Shown here piece by piece: positions 1 to 10,143 of a DNA stretch of 64,000 nucleotides. The stretch's first letter is position 1. Every line of letters starts with the position of its first letter. A program made the position numbers and the translations under genes. A model generated the notes under the pieces. The model searched no databases. It had not been told where the DNA came from and saw only the letters and a program-made list of their open reading frames with translations. This DNA is from Podarcis tiliguerta (lineage: Eukaryota), in the NCBI GenBank assembly GCA_965153285.1, contig OZ229111.1; one strand, written 5' to 3'.

Positions 1-1589
1 AATATGTACAGCATATGGTTGCATTAATATACTGAAACCTGAGTGGGGATTTTAATGCAATCTTTCATGCTTTTTACATGAATTACTTTTCTAATATCTG
101 CTACATTTCATTATTGCCTTCTGTGAATATTTGGGTAGCTTTAGAAAAAGTTGCTGCAATGACATGAGTCAAAGACTTTCTGAGAGCTTGCAAGACTCCC
201 ACTGTAAACTGCTTGCTTTTACTCTAATGGCCATCCTTCAAGGGGGGAACTCCTAGCCAGTCTATCCATCACAAAACGATTGTCTGCAGTCATTTCTTGG
301 CAAGTATCCATGTACGCAAACTTGCAGAAGCGGCTTGGCAGATGGAGGTGGAGCCGCTATGGTAGTTTCCTGGCAGGCCGGCCACTGTTGCTTACCCAGA
401 GAGAAAGGGAAGGGGTGAGACCACAGGAAGGTCAGTGCTGTGCAAACTCGTAAGCAGGAGCAATGGAATGGCAACACTAGCACCATGCCTACCTCCCCAC
501 CACCTTGCCTCTCTCCCTCCCGGCAAGTAATAGCTACCCACCTGCCAGGAAGCTAGCACGGTCACTCTGCCCCACCCAATGAGTCACTTCTGCACACTTG
601 TGATGCGATGCATCAGCCTCTGCTGTTCCTGCCAGCTTCTCAGTCATTGGAGGCTCTGCAGAGCACAGAGCTGAGTACCGCCAGTAAACAAAGAGTAGTT
701 TGGGGAGGGCCTGATATTCCTCAGGTGTTCATGACTGCACTCAGCATTCCCATCCAGGAACACAGGGAATCTGCCACCCCACACAAAAATACCCATGACA
801 CTAAAACTCAAGGTTGATTAATGAAACTGATCAGCGGTTAAGGAGTATAAAAGGGAAGTGTAGACCTGTATAGAAAAACAGGCTCAGTCACAACTAAGTC
901 TGTAAGTTGAAACATTGCTGAGCCGAATGCTAAACACAGAGGTTTGCTAACCTTTGCAGTAAAGATCCCTTCCTGCGATCCCCTTTGGTAGAAGTCACCC
1001 CCTTTGGTGTAAGTCCTTCCTGCCTGAAACTACTACTAGGATGAGAGGTTTGCAAGCCACACTTGTAGCTGGGATCTTGCTTACACTTCCTCTTGGCTAA
1101 AGTGGCAGAGACCAAAAGGATCTACAGCAGCCTTTTTGCTGCCACCTGTTGGTTAAAAGAATTTGTAAGAACATAAACTGGTGGACAGTTTATGTTGCAA
1201 CCTATTACATTTTTGCATCTTGATGTAGCACAAAAGGAACACCACCTTACCGGCTGCATCTTCAAATTAACTATAAGTACAGCCAAATGATTTTCATTAA
1301 CACATCTAGACCTTGGGAGGAATTTGGGTTTTGTTTGCTACCAGTCTCTTGTTGCTGTTGCTCTTTAGCTTAAATAGATGCTGTTGTTTGGCCATATCCG
1401 AGGGTCGGGGGAGTCTTTGAAGGGTGCTACCTAAAGATTGCTGCCTAGACATCCAAACTGGGTCACCAGGTTTTCCTTGGGATAAAAATGCAGAGCTAAA
1501 GTTCCCAATGTTTGTAGAAGAACTGACTATTAAACCACTCTGAGAATTGTTGCTCTGTTAGGGAAATAGGGGTCTCCTAACAACTCTCA

Positions 1590-3048
1590 AATCAAACGCA
1601 TCCATTCTTAAGGAAATTAGCCCTGAGTGCTCACTGGAAGGACATATCCTGAAGCTGAGGCTCCAATACTTTGGCCGCCTCATGAGAAGAGAAGACTCCC
1701 TGGAAAATAGCTTGATGTTGGGAAAGATGGAGGGCACAAGGAGAAGGGGACGACAGAGGACGAGATGGTTGGACAGTGTTCTTCACATCACATTGTTCAA
1801 ATCACATTAATTCCAAATTATACAGCCAAATTTTAAAATTTTGGGGGGTACCCATACATCAAGCTCCGCACGAGTCCAAAATTCCAGATGACTCCAGACA
1901 TCACTTATTTGCTGCTTTTATTAAACAGTTCCATCCAGTTCGATTCGGATAGATCTTTATTACTTTCTTTCTCTTCTTGTTGTTATCATTTATTCCTTTC
2001 TTTGCGATCTCTGATGATTTTCACAAACAGATTGAAGATTTGGCGTCTCTGTGTGGGTTTTGTGCTCTTCCAAGCTCATATTATTCAGGAACGACCTCTG
2101 TTAATCTTTGGTCGGTCCATTATTTTTCCTCAGGCTAGCCCAATAAATCAGACATTATCAGGGGCTCTGTCAGGTCAAACTTGCATTCCAACCTTCTTTC
2201 TTTTTCAAATAGTCCTGAATCTCCTCCCCCTCCTGTCTGTTCTCCTGCCAGCCTGTCTTGGCGAGACGCCATGTTTTTTTAACTGCGTCATAGGAATTTT
2301 CCTTCTTCTCGCCTTTCGATCTTCTCGTATTGTAATCATTTCCCCCACACAGTTTTAAAGTTCTGTTTATGTTTTTTTAAAACGCGACGATCTTATTTCT
2401 TTCTAGGGTGGAGGATTATTATAGTCATATCATGTAAAGGAAATAAAGAGAGTTTTTTTCCTCCACCCCCCCCCTTCGTTCCAGCCTTACATTCTCATGG
2501 TGGTAATTCATCAAGAGATTTACTTATCCATCCGTCACTCCCGATCACAGAGATGCATTAATCAGCAGTCCTTATCGTCGAGCCTCACTTGATATATGTG
2601 CTTCAGCCTTCTTCCGATCCGTTATTTCCAATTAGTTCCAATTATAATTCCAGGCTGAAGCAACCAGCACGCGCTGATTGGAATCGGCGTCGGGAAGATC
2701 TGATTCCATCGAGGGCTTTTGCCAAGTGTTCCACACCCCCGTCTCTCGGATCAGGGGGTGCATTATGAACACCGCTGGCAGGGCAGCCCCCCCCATACCC
2801 TTGGGGGGGGGGGTAGGAAGGCTGCCTACTTCCCATAGCAGCCCCTTAATACCTCGTATGGGTCAGAGAGATGTTATTGTCGGCCATCTTCCAACGCGCC
2901 ACCTAGTGGCCCCCAGGTTGGACAGTGTTCTCGAAGCTACCAGCATGAGTTTGACCAAAGTGCGGGAGGCAGTGGAAGACAGGAGTGCCTGGCGTGCTCT
3001 GGTCCATGGGGTCACGAAGAGTCGGACACGACTAAATGACTAAACAAC
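1590..3048 (+). mobile_element. BovB (RTE) LINE 3' fragment, split by a later 1.13-kb insertion
   Basis: BovB 3' sequence (ctgaagctgaggctccaatactttggcc...ggggtcacgaagagtcggacacgactaa-(CAA)n) at 1590-1782 and 2916-3048. TSD AACAACTCTCA at 1579-1589 and 3049-3059. Confidence 0.88.
1783..2915 (-). mobile_element. Unclassified 1.13-kb retroposed insertion with an L1-like CpG-rich 5' end
   Basis: 16-bp TSD GGTTGGACAGTGTTCT at 1767-1782 and 2916-2931. The minus-strand 5' end reads GGGGGCCACTAGGTGGCGCGTTGGAAGATGGCCG. No long sense-strand ORF and no poly(A). Confidence 0.7.
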
Positions 3049-4126
3049 AACAACTCTCAGCACCTTTAACAAACTACAGTTTCCAGGATACTTTGGGTAA
3101 AGCCCAGAACCCCTTAAAGTGGTCTTCTACTATCGTATATGTATAGTGCAGCTAGGATGTATGGCTTTCCAGGATTGTGCAAATGTGCAGGACCTCAGAG
3201 GCAGGCTCACAGCTGCTTTGCTCTTCCCATCCTCTATATTCCAACTGCACAGTGAGCTAAAACAAAGTTTGGCTTAGTGTGTTGTCCAAACCTACGTTCA
3301 CTCCTCACCACAAGTTGTGACCAAGGAGTGGGAATAAAAAATGCTGGAGAGAAGCTTACTGTGTTGTGTGAACTAGGGCAGTTTTGTGGTAAACATGAAA
3401 CTTTTGGGAGAGAGAAAAATGCAGTTCTTATTCATGGAACAACACAGAAGAGGTGTCTCTATGCTGCATTAATAGACAGTGACTTTTACAGCATGTCTGA
3501 CTATCAGGAATTCTGGAAACCCACTTAGGAATGCAGCTGGAATTTCAATCTTTCATTATTTAACTACAGGAAATTCAAGAGACAATATTCTTCTTAAGTG
3601 ATCCATTTTGGAACCAGAGAAGATGGCTCCCTTACTGGTAAGTTTACACATACTGATGTTATTAACAACTTCAGACATTAGAAATGCATAATTTGCAGAC
3701 ATTAAGTTCAAAATCGTTTATATTTCCCCCCAAAATAGTTCAAGACGGAGCACGAAAGCAGTTGAGCTGGCCAAGGATTCTTTATGGTTCTTTCGAGGGA
3801 CAGCAACTCAATAAATTAGAAACCATCCTATATCTGTGGTTTTCCCTGCCTCCTTAAAAAGTCAAGAAAATGTTAATAATGGCAAATGAGTACTCCGTGT
3901 ACCACACGTACAGCAAAGTCAAATGCAAAGACAGGAAACACGTGCATATGGAATATGTGTCAGAAACAACATTTATCTAGAACCATTTGTGCTGCAGTAT
4001 AGCTCAGACAAAACTTAACCAGGAGGGGCATGTCTCGTTGTGAAAGAACAGCCGCCTTTTGGTATGTGTTAAAAGTGTATGCATTACATCTCACACTAGT
4101 AAGGAATATTGGCATCAGTTACAACC

Positions 4127-4255
4127 AGTGCTATTTTTATATATAAAAAAGAGGTGCCAGAACTCACCATGAACGCCTATTATAATGGTATTATAATGGT
4201 AATGGCGCCCACCTTAGAGGTGTCGTAACTGAGTTCTGGCTGGAAAAAAGCTCTG
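4127..4255. mobile_element. hAT-type MITE
   Basis: Imperfect terminal inverted repeats (cagtgctattttt/aaaaagctctg). 8-bp TSD gttacaac/gtttcaac with one mismatch. Confidence 0.55.
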
Positions 4256-4848
4256 GTTTCAACTGTGTTCAAATGTAGGCTTGGAGTGGAACCAGCTGAG
4301 GGTAACGGGGAATTTTCAGGATGCTATCAAAGTGGCATAAAGGACAGCAACGCAGCCCAGGTTTGGCAAATCCTTCCACTGGCTCACTGGCCCACCATGG
4401 ACCATGCAGCTCCATGGCTTCCTATTAGGGATGGGTAAAATATAACCATTTCAGTTCCTCCCAGTTCCTTCTTCTCTCCCCACAGTCCTTCCTGGATGCA
4501 CTGTCTTTCACTGTGGTCATGAGACAAATACATGAAGCTGATATAAGAAGACAAAAGCCACAGATGTTATGATGGTTCATACAAAGGTAGGTGATTGAAA
4601 TGGTCACCTCTCCTCTACCAGAATGGAGCCATCACAGCTATGGATGTTTAGGACTATATAGAGATTTTGCTTGGGCAAAAGCCACGCAACAGAAAATGGA
4701 CAATGTTAAACACAATCCAGATAACAGGACATGCCTTTTCGTAGACTTAAATACAGAGAGGGAAGGGGGGATTATAGCACCCAAGATATGAAGCTGAGCA
4801 CATTGCGTAGCATGAAGAATTATGGTGCCACCTATCATATCCTCTTAC

Positions 4849-4989
4849 CAACACATTTTCTATGCATGTTGAGTACAAAGCCCTCTGCACAGATAACACT
4901 GTGGTTGACACAGTAGAATGATCCCCATGTGTTCACACATAATTGTCTTCTGGAGCAACTGTGAATACCTGTAAGGCACTCATCCAGGT
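4849..4989 (-). CDS. FBLN2: Fibulin-2 coding exon (exon 9 equivalent, the alternatively spliced cbEGF cassette)
   Basis: Manual translation (D)LDECLTGIHSCSRRQLCVNTWGSFYCVNHSVICAEGFVLNMHRKCV. Acceptor gataaag|AC, donor G|gtaaga, 141 bp, phase 1-1. Not in the ORF track. Confidence 0.95.
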
Positions 4990-5214
4990 CTTTATCAACA
5001 CATTGCAGTCAAAAGGGAGGGGAAAAACAAAATTGTATTAGAATTACTCCGGGGAGGAAATAACATTTGTTCCACACTGAAACTATCTAATTAACAATGT
5101 GCCTGAGTTATGGTGCTATAATTTCCTTGTGCTAAATTTTCAAGTCGTTGAACTCGTTCAAGAATTGAAGGTCTCTGGATCTTCAGCTGGGCCCTTTTGC
5201 GCTGTTGACTTCAA

Positions 5215-5248
<34 letters not shown>

Positions 5249-5540
5249 ACTTTATTTTTTTCATTGCAAAATCATGACAAAAATTACGAACTTTGAATCC
5301 AAAAAAATACTATACAAACAAACAAAACGGAACATACAAAAAAAAACCAGAAAAAAGGGGAACAAAACAAAACCAAACAAAAACGAAAAAGCACACATTT
5401 ACAAGAAAAAAAAAAAACATATCATTACATACATTTACACATATTGACTTCCTTTCTTTGTTCTAAAACCTCAGTAAATTTACTCTTACTGTATTGTTGT
5501 GTCTGGTTAAATTACTGTCATCTTTATACTATACATATAC

Positions 5541-5577
<37 letters not shown>

Positions 5578-5657
5578 CTTTCGTAGATTTTCACGGGTAC
5601 AGGAATGCAGGTTTTGGTGTCCTCGGGTGTCTTCCCGTGTAAAAGTTGGGGTGTCTA

Positions 5658-5696
5658 GGCGACGTTTCGACGAGGTCTCACTCGTCATCTTCAGGC
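5658..5696 (-). ncRNA. Second, identical hammerhead motif on the L1/FBLN2 sense strand
   Basis: Exact reverse complement of 6242-6280. Confidence 0.75.
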
Positions 5697-5930
5697 TGGT
5701 GCTTTCGGCTTCTTGTTACTGGAACAGAGCAGGATCTCAGTGTTTGAGTTCCTATAAATACTGTTGAGGAGGTGTGGTGTATAGCCTCCAATGTTCTGGG
5801 CAGAGAGGAGGTTCCCAGGCTAGTGTGCCTTTTCTTCTTTTGTTCCTTAATTACTTGAGGGATATCTTGAGTGATTTCTTGAGTGATTTCCTGAATCCCA
5901 CTTAGGTGGGTCATTAGGTGTGGATTAGTT

Positions 5931-5990
5931 TATATTAGTTTATATTAGTTTATATTAGTTTATATTAGTTTATATTAGTTTATATTAGTT
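5931..5990. repeat. Perfect tandem 10-mer (TATATTAGTT)x6 at the PLE inversion junction
   Basis: Read directly from the sequence. Confidence 0.95.
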
Positions 5991-6241
5991 GTGGATAAGG
6001 CTTTAGCAACTAATCCACACCTAATGACCCACCTAAGTGGGATTCAGGAAATCACTCAAGAAATCACTCAAGATATCCCTCAAGTAATTAAGGAACAAAA
6101 GAAGAAAAGGCACACTAGCCTGGGAACCTCCTCTCTGCCCAGAACATTGGAGGCTATACACCACACCTCCTCAACAGTATTTATAGGAACTCAAACACTG
6201 AGATCCTGCTCTGTTCCAGTAACAAGAAGCCGAAAGCACCA

Positions 6242-6280
6242 GCCTGAAGATGACGAGTGAGACCTCGTCGAAACGTCGCC
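6242..6280 (+). ncRNA. Minimal type I hammerhead ribozyme motif (PLE-type)
   Basis: CTGAAGA (6244-6250), T, stem II GACGAG/CTCGTC with a 6-nt loop, GAAA (6270-6273), then CGTC with the palindromic ACGT and a GTC cleavage triplet. Stem I is only about 2 bp. Confidence 0.75.
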
Positions 6281-6390
6281 TAGACACCCCAACTTTTACA
6301 CGGGAAGACACCCGAGGACACCAAAACCTGCATATATATATATATGTATATATATACACCATTTTTTTTTCCCTTTAACCCTGTAAAGCA

Positions 6391-9300
6391 TCATTCATTA
6401 CATACCAATACACTTACTCCAGAACAATGTTTTTTCATATACTCTTTTGCACAACCCCATTCTTTTAATAATTTCTGGTCCGATTGTCCCCTTATAAATG
6501 CTGTGAGTCTTGCCAGATTTATGTATTCACAAAATTTAATTTGCCAATCTTTCACTGATGGAATTTTCCTCCCTTTCCAGTTTTTTGCTATAAGCATCCT
6601 GGCAGCTGTTGTTGCATAAAGGAATACTTTCCTTTGATTTTCGGGAATATCGTTTGTAATTAATCCTAAAAGGAATGCCTCTGGTTTTTTACTGAAAGAT
6701 ATTTTAAACATCTTTTTGAGTTCTTCGTAAATTTCGTTCCAGAATTGTTTAATAGGTCGGCATTCCCACCACATGTGAAACATTGTTCCTGTTTCGTTTT
6801 TGCATCTCCAACAGGTATTCGAATTTAGTTTATAAATTTTAGCCAGTTTTACCGGAGTTAAGTACCATTGGTACACCATTTTCATAAAGTTTTCTCTTAT
6901 TGTGTAACATGCTGTGAACTTAATATCATATTTCCATAATTTCTCCCACTGTTCTAGCCGAATCGCATATCCTATATCCCATGCCCATTTGATCATAACT
7001 TCTTTTACTTCTTCATCCTTTAATTCCCATTCTAATAAAAAATTATACATTTTGGATATATTTTTTTTGGAGTTTTGTAATAATACTTTTTGTAAATTTG
7101 ATTCATCTTTCTCAAATCCTATTATTTTATCCTGATTGAATATTTGTGCAATTTGGTGATATTGAAACCATGTAGTACAGTATTGGGTCACCTCTTCATA
7201 TGGTCTTAATTTTATTTGACCCTGTTCTTCCTTTAGGAGTTGCTGGTATGTCGCCATTTTCCCTATAGTATTTTTCTTTTTAACAGATGTTACTTCTAAT
7301 GGTGAGACCCACCATGGGGTTTTCGGTTCTAACAACCTTTTATATCTCACCCAGACCTTGTACAATGCATTTCTAATTACGTGGTTTAGGAAATCTTTAT
7401 GTACTGCCACTTTGTTATAAATTAGATATGCATGCCAACCATATCTATTGTTCCATCCCTCCAAATCCAAAATGTCACTGTTATCCAATTTGATCCAATC
7501 CTTGATCCAAGTAAAGCATGCCGCATCGTGATATAGTCTCAGGTCTGGGAGTCCAAAACCTCCCCTATCTTTTATGTCGGTTAGTAATTTGTATTTGATC
7601 CGTGGCTTTTTGCCTTGCCATATAAACTTTGTTAGGTCCGTTTTCCATTTTTTGAAACAATCATCTTTACCTATTATGGGAATCATTTGAAAAAGGAACA
7701 AGAACTTTGGTAAAATATTCATTTTAATAGCCGAAATTCTACCCCAGAGTGTTAAATTCAATCTTGTCCAAGTTTCCATTTCTCTTTTTGTTTCTTCCCA
7801 GTTTTTTTTATAATTATCTTCAAACAAATTTATATTTTTCATTGTTATTTGTATCCCTAGATATTTCACTTTTTTTACAATTTGTAATCCAAATTTTTCT
7901 ACCAGTTCCTTTTTCTCTTGATCTCCCATGTTTTTTACCATTAGTTTCGTTTTTTCTTTATTCAAAGCAAAACCTGAGACCCTTCCAAAGTTTCCCATTT
8001 TTTCTAGAGCTTTTGCTATGCTTTCCTTTGGGTTTTCCACCATTAAGACTAAATCATCTGCAAATGCCCTTATTTTGTATATTTTCTCTCCTAGGGATAT
8101 TCCATTTATTTCTTGATCCAGTCTGATTTCTTGATTTAATATTTCCAAAACCAAAATGAATAATAACGGTGAGAGTGGGCACCCTTGTCTGGTGCCCTTC
8201 TGTATTTTAAAATAATCAGTTGTGTCATTATTTATTATTATATTTGCTTCTTGTTGTTCATAAATTGCTTTTAGCCCTCTTGTAATTTGGTCCCCCATGT
8301 CCATCTGGTCTAATAATATTTTTAGAAATTTCCATGATACTTTATCAAACGCCTTTTCCGCGTCCACAAAGACAAAGGCTACCTTCTTACTCGGTTTCAT
8401 GTCTAAATACTCGATCATATCAATCACTGTTCTTATATTATCACTCATTTTCCTGCCTGGCAAGAACCCTGCCTGCTCTTTATTTATGCAATCCTGCAAA
8501 ACTGTCTTTAATCTTGTTGCCAATATTTGTGCATAGATCTTATAATCATTATTTAGTAATGATATTGGTCTATAATTGGTTATAAACTCTTTATTTCGTC
8601 CTTGTTTTGGGATTACTACTATGTGAGCCTGTTTCCAGGTGTTGGGAATCTTCCCGTCTTCTAGTATTCTATTTAAGAGTGTCTTCATAGGTGATAATAA
8701 TGGTTCCTCTAGTTTTTTGTAATGTATTGCGGTAAGACCATCTGGACCTGGGGATTTTCCCAGTTTCATCTTAATTATCGCTTGATGAAGCTCTGTCGTG
8801 GTTATTGGGGAGTTTAGATCTTGAATCTTTTCTTTCTTAATTTTAGGTATATCCTTTCCATATAAATACTCTTTTATTTCATCCTCTGTCTCATTTCCTG
8901 CTTTATATAGCTTGTTATAATATTTTATAAAGCACTTTTTGACTTCTTCAGGATTATCTAAAGTTCTCCCTTCTTCCACTATTTTATCAATCAGTTTTTC
9001 CTTTTGTCTTTTTTTCAATTGCCAGGCTAGCATCTTTCCGGGTTTATTTGCAAATTCGAACGACCTTTGTTTCATCCATTTAATATTATCCTCAATTTCA
9101 CTATTTAATATTGCTGAAGCCTGGGTTTGTAATATTTTTAGTTTTTGGTTTATTAGTTCATTTTTTGGTTGTTTTGTTAATAATTTTTCATTTATTCCTA
9201 TTTCTTTCCTTATTTGTTCTAGTTTTTGCTCTCTGATTCTTTTCCTTATTGCACTTTGTTGTATGTAAAAGCCTCTTATGAAAGCTTTACTTGCATCCCA

Positions 9301-10143
9301 TATTGTCCTGATGTCTGTATCCTGTTCTTTATTTAATTCAAAAAATTCTTTCATTAGTTCTTGCGCTTTTTTCACAATCTTTTCATCATTTAATATTCTT
9401 TCATTAAGTCTCCATCTTTTATTAGTTTTCTTGTATTCCTTTAATTCTAATGTGACTGGGTTGTGGTCTGTAATAATTTTGGTCTGTATTTCTGCTTTTT
9501 TAATTTTAGTTGTTAAATTATTTGATACCCATATGCTGTCAATTCTGCCGGCTGATTTTTTAACTTCCGAGAAATGTGTATACTGTCTTTCTCCTGGGTT
9601 TTTATATCTCCATGTGTCAATCAAATTTAAGTTTTCTACCATCTGAAAGAAGGTATCTGGGAGTCTGCCTTTTTTTGATTTTCTTTCCCTCTCTGTCCTA
9701 TCTAATTCTATTGATGTGACACCATTTAGGTCTCCCATCAGAATAATTTCCTCTTCTATAAATTCCAGTAAATTAGCTTCTACTTTCCTGAAGAATTCTG
9801 TTTTGTTACCATTCGGTGCATAAACTCCTACTATAATTAAATGTTCTTTACCCTTTGTTATTTTTACCCCTAATAATCTACCTTCATCATCCTTAAAGAT
9901 TTTTTTTGCGTCTAGTTTAGGGTTCACATAGATCACAATTCCCCTTTTCTTTTTCACATCTGAGGATATAAATTCTTGACCCAATCTCTTGTTTTCTAAA
10001 ACCCTTCTGTGATTTCTAGTCACATGGGTCTCCTGCAAGCATATGATATCCCATTGTTCTTTCCTCAATACATGTCCTATTTTATTTCTCTTCCTCTTAT
10101 CATTTAAACCGTTAACATTCCAAGATATAATTTTTAGGTTCAT
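6391..10143 (-). CDS. L1 ORF2p: APE endonuclease, reverse transcriptase and C-terminal CCHC, 1250 aa
   Basis: APE motifs WNVNGL, LQETH, GVYAPN, GDLN, RIDSIW, TDH. RT motifs GKSPGPDG, YRPISLLN, DAEKAFD, RQGCPLSP, FADD, KYLGI. Cys knuckle CWRC-x8-H-x4-C. No stops or frameshifts. Confidence 0.98.
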   Translation of the reverse strand: MNLKIISWNVNGLNDKRKRNKIGHVLRKEQWDIICLQETHVTRNHRRVLENKRLGQEFISSDVKKKRGIVIYVNPKLDAKKIFKDDEGRLLGVKITKGKEHLIIVGVYAPNGNKTEFFRKVEANLLEFIEEEIILMGDLNGVTSIELDRTERERKSKKGRLPDTFFQMVENLNLIDTWRYKNPGERQYTHFSEVKKSAGRIDSIWVSNNLTTKIKKAEIQTKIITDHNPVTLELKEYKKTNKRWRLNERILNDEKIVKKAQELMKEFFELNKEQDTDIRTIWDASKAFIRGFYIQQSAIRKRIREQKLEQIRKEIGINEKLLTKQPKNELINQKLKILQTQASAILNSEIEDNIKWMKQRSFEFANKPGKMLAWQLKKRQKEKLIDKIVEEGRTLDNPEEVKKCFIKYYNKLYKAGNETEDEIKEYLYGKDIPKIKKEKIQDLNSPITTTELHQAIIKMKLGKSPGPDGLTAIHYKKLEEPLLSPMKTLLNRILEDGKIPNTWKQAHIVVIPKQGRNKEFITNYRPISLLNNDYKIYAQILATRLKTVLQDCINKEQAGFLPGRKMSDNIRTVIDMIEYLDMKPSKKVAFVFVDAEKAFDKVSWKFLKILLDQMDMGDQITRGLKAIYEQQEANIIINNDTTDYFKIQKGTRQGCPLSPLLFILVLEILNQEIRLDQEINGISLGEKIYKIRAFADDLVLMVENPKESIAKALEKMGNFGRVSGFALNKEKTKLMVKNMGDQEKKELVEKFGLQIVKKVKYLGIQITMKNINLFEDNYKKNWEETKREMETWTRLNLTLWGRISAIKMNILPKFLFLFQMIPIIGKDDCFKKWKTDLTKFIWQGKKPRIKYKLLTDIKDRGGFGLPDLRLYHDAACFTWIKDWIKLDNSDILDLEGWNNRYGWHAYLIYNKVAVHKDFLNHVIRNALYKVWVRYKRLLEPKTPWWVSPLEVTSVKKKNTIGKMATYQQLLKEEQGQIKLRPYEEVTQYCTTWFQYHQIAQIFNQDKIIGFEKDESNLQKVLLQNSKKNISKMYNFLLEWELKDEEVKEVMIKWAWDIGYAIRLEQWEKLWKYDIKFTACYTIRENFMKMVYQWYLTPVKLAKIYKLNSNTCWRCKNETGTMFHMWWECRPIKQFWNEIYEELKKMFKISFSKKPEAFLLGLITNDIPENQRKVFLYATTAARMLIAKNWKGRKIPSVKDWQIKFCEYINLARLTAFIRGQSDQKLLKEWGCAKEYMKKHCSGVSVLVCNE

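Larger units (their letters stand above)
1490..3150. mobile_element. Older squamate interspersed repeat (MITE-like) hosting the BovB insertion (pieces ~1490-1589 and ~3060-3150)
   Basis: ...gggaaataggggtctcctaacaactctca|gcacctttaacaaactacagtttccaggatactttggg reads continuously once the BovB is removed. Family not identified. Confidence 0.5.
5576..6333. mobile_element. Penelope-like element (PLE) remnant: head-to-head inverted pseudo-LTR pair inserted in a (TA)n tract of the L1 3' UTR
   Basis: Arms 5605-5930 and 6008-6333 are reverse complements (identical ORF-track translations on both strands). The left copy has an extra ~29-nt 3' tail. Each arm carries a CTGAAGA...GAAACGTC hammerhead motif. 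(TA)n lies on both sides. Confidence 0.85.

Noticed and set aside
930-1115. ORF containing PSYKC as a candidate FBLN2 exon 10
   Set aside because: Lacks EGF cysteine spacing and splice sites. Exon 10 was not found and probably lies left of the window.
1888-2358. 156-aa hydrophobic plus-strand ORF
   Set aside because: Antisense frame of the A-rich strand of the 1.13-kb insertion, with no recognisable domain.
5931-5990. Short direct repeat array as a CRISPR candidate
   Set aside because: Contiguous 10-mers without spacers, in vertebrate intronic DNA.
5444-6362. Duplicated ORFs (MTHLSGIQEIT... and ...CRFWCPRVSS...) on both strands
   Set aside because: They are by-products of the PLE inverted repeat and have no recognisable protein motifs.
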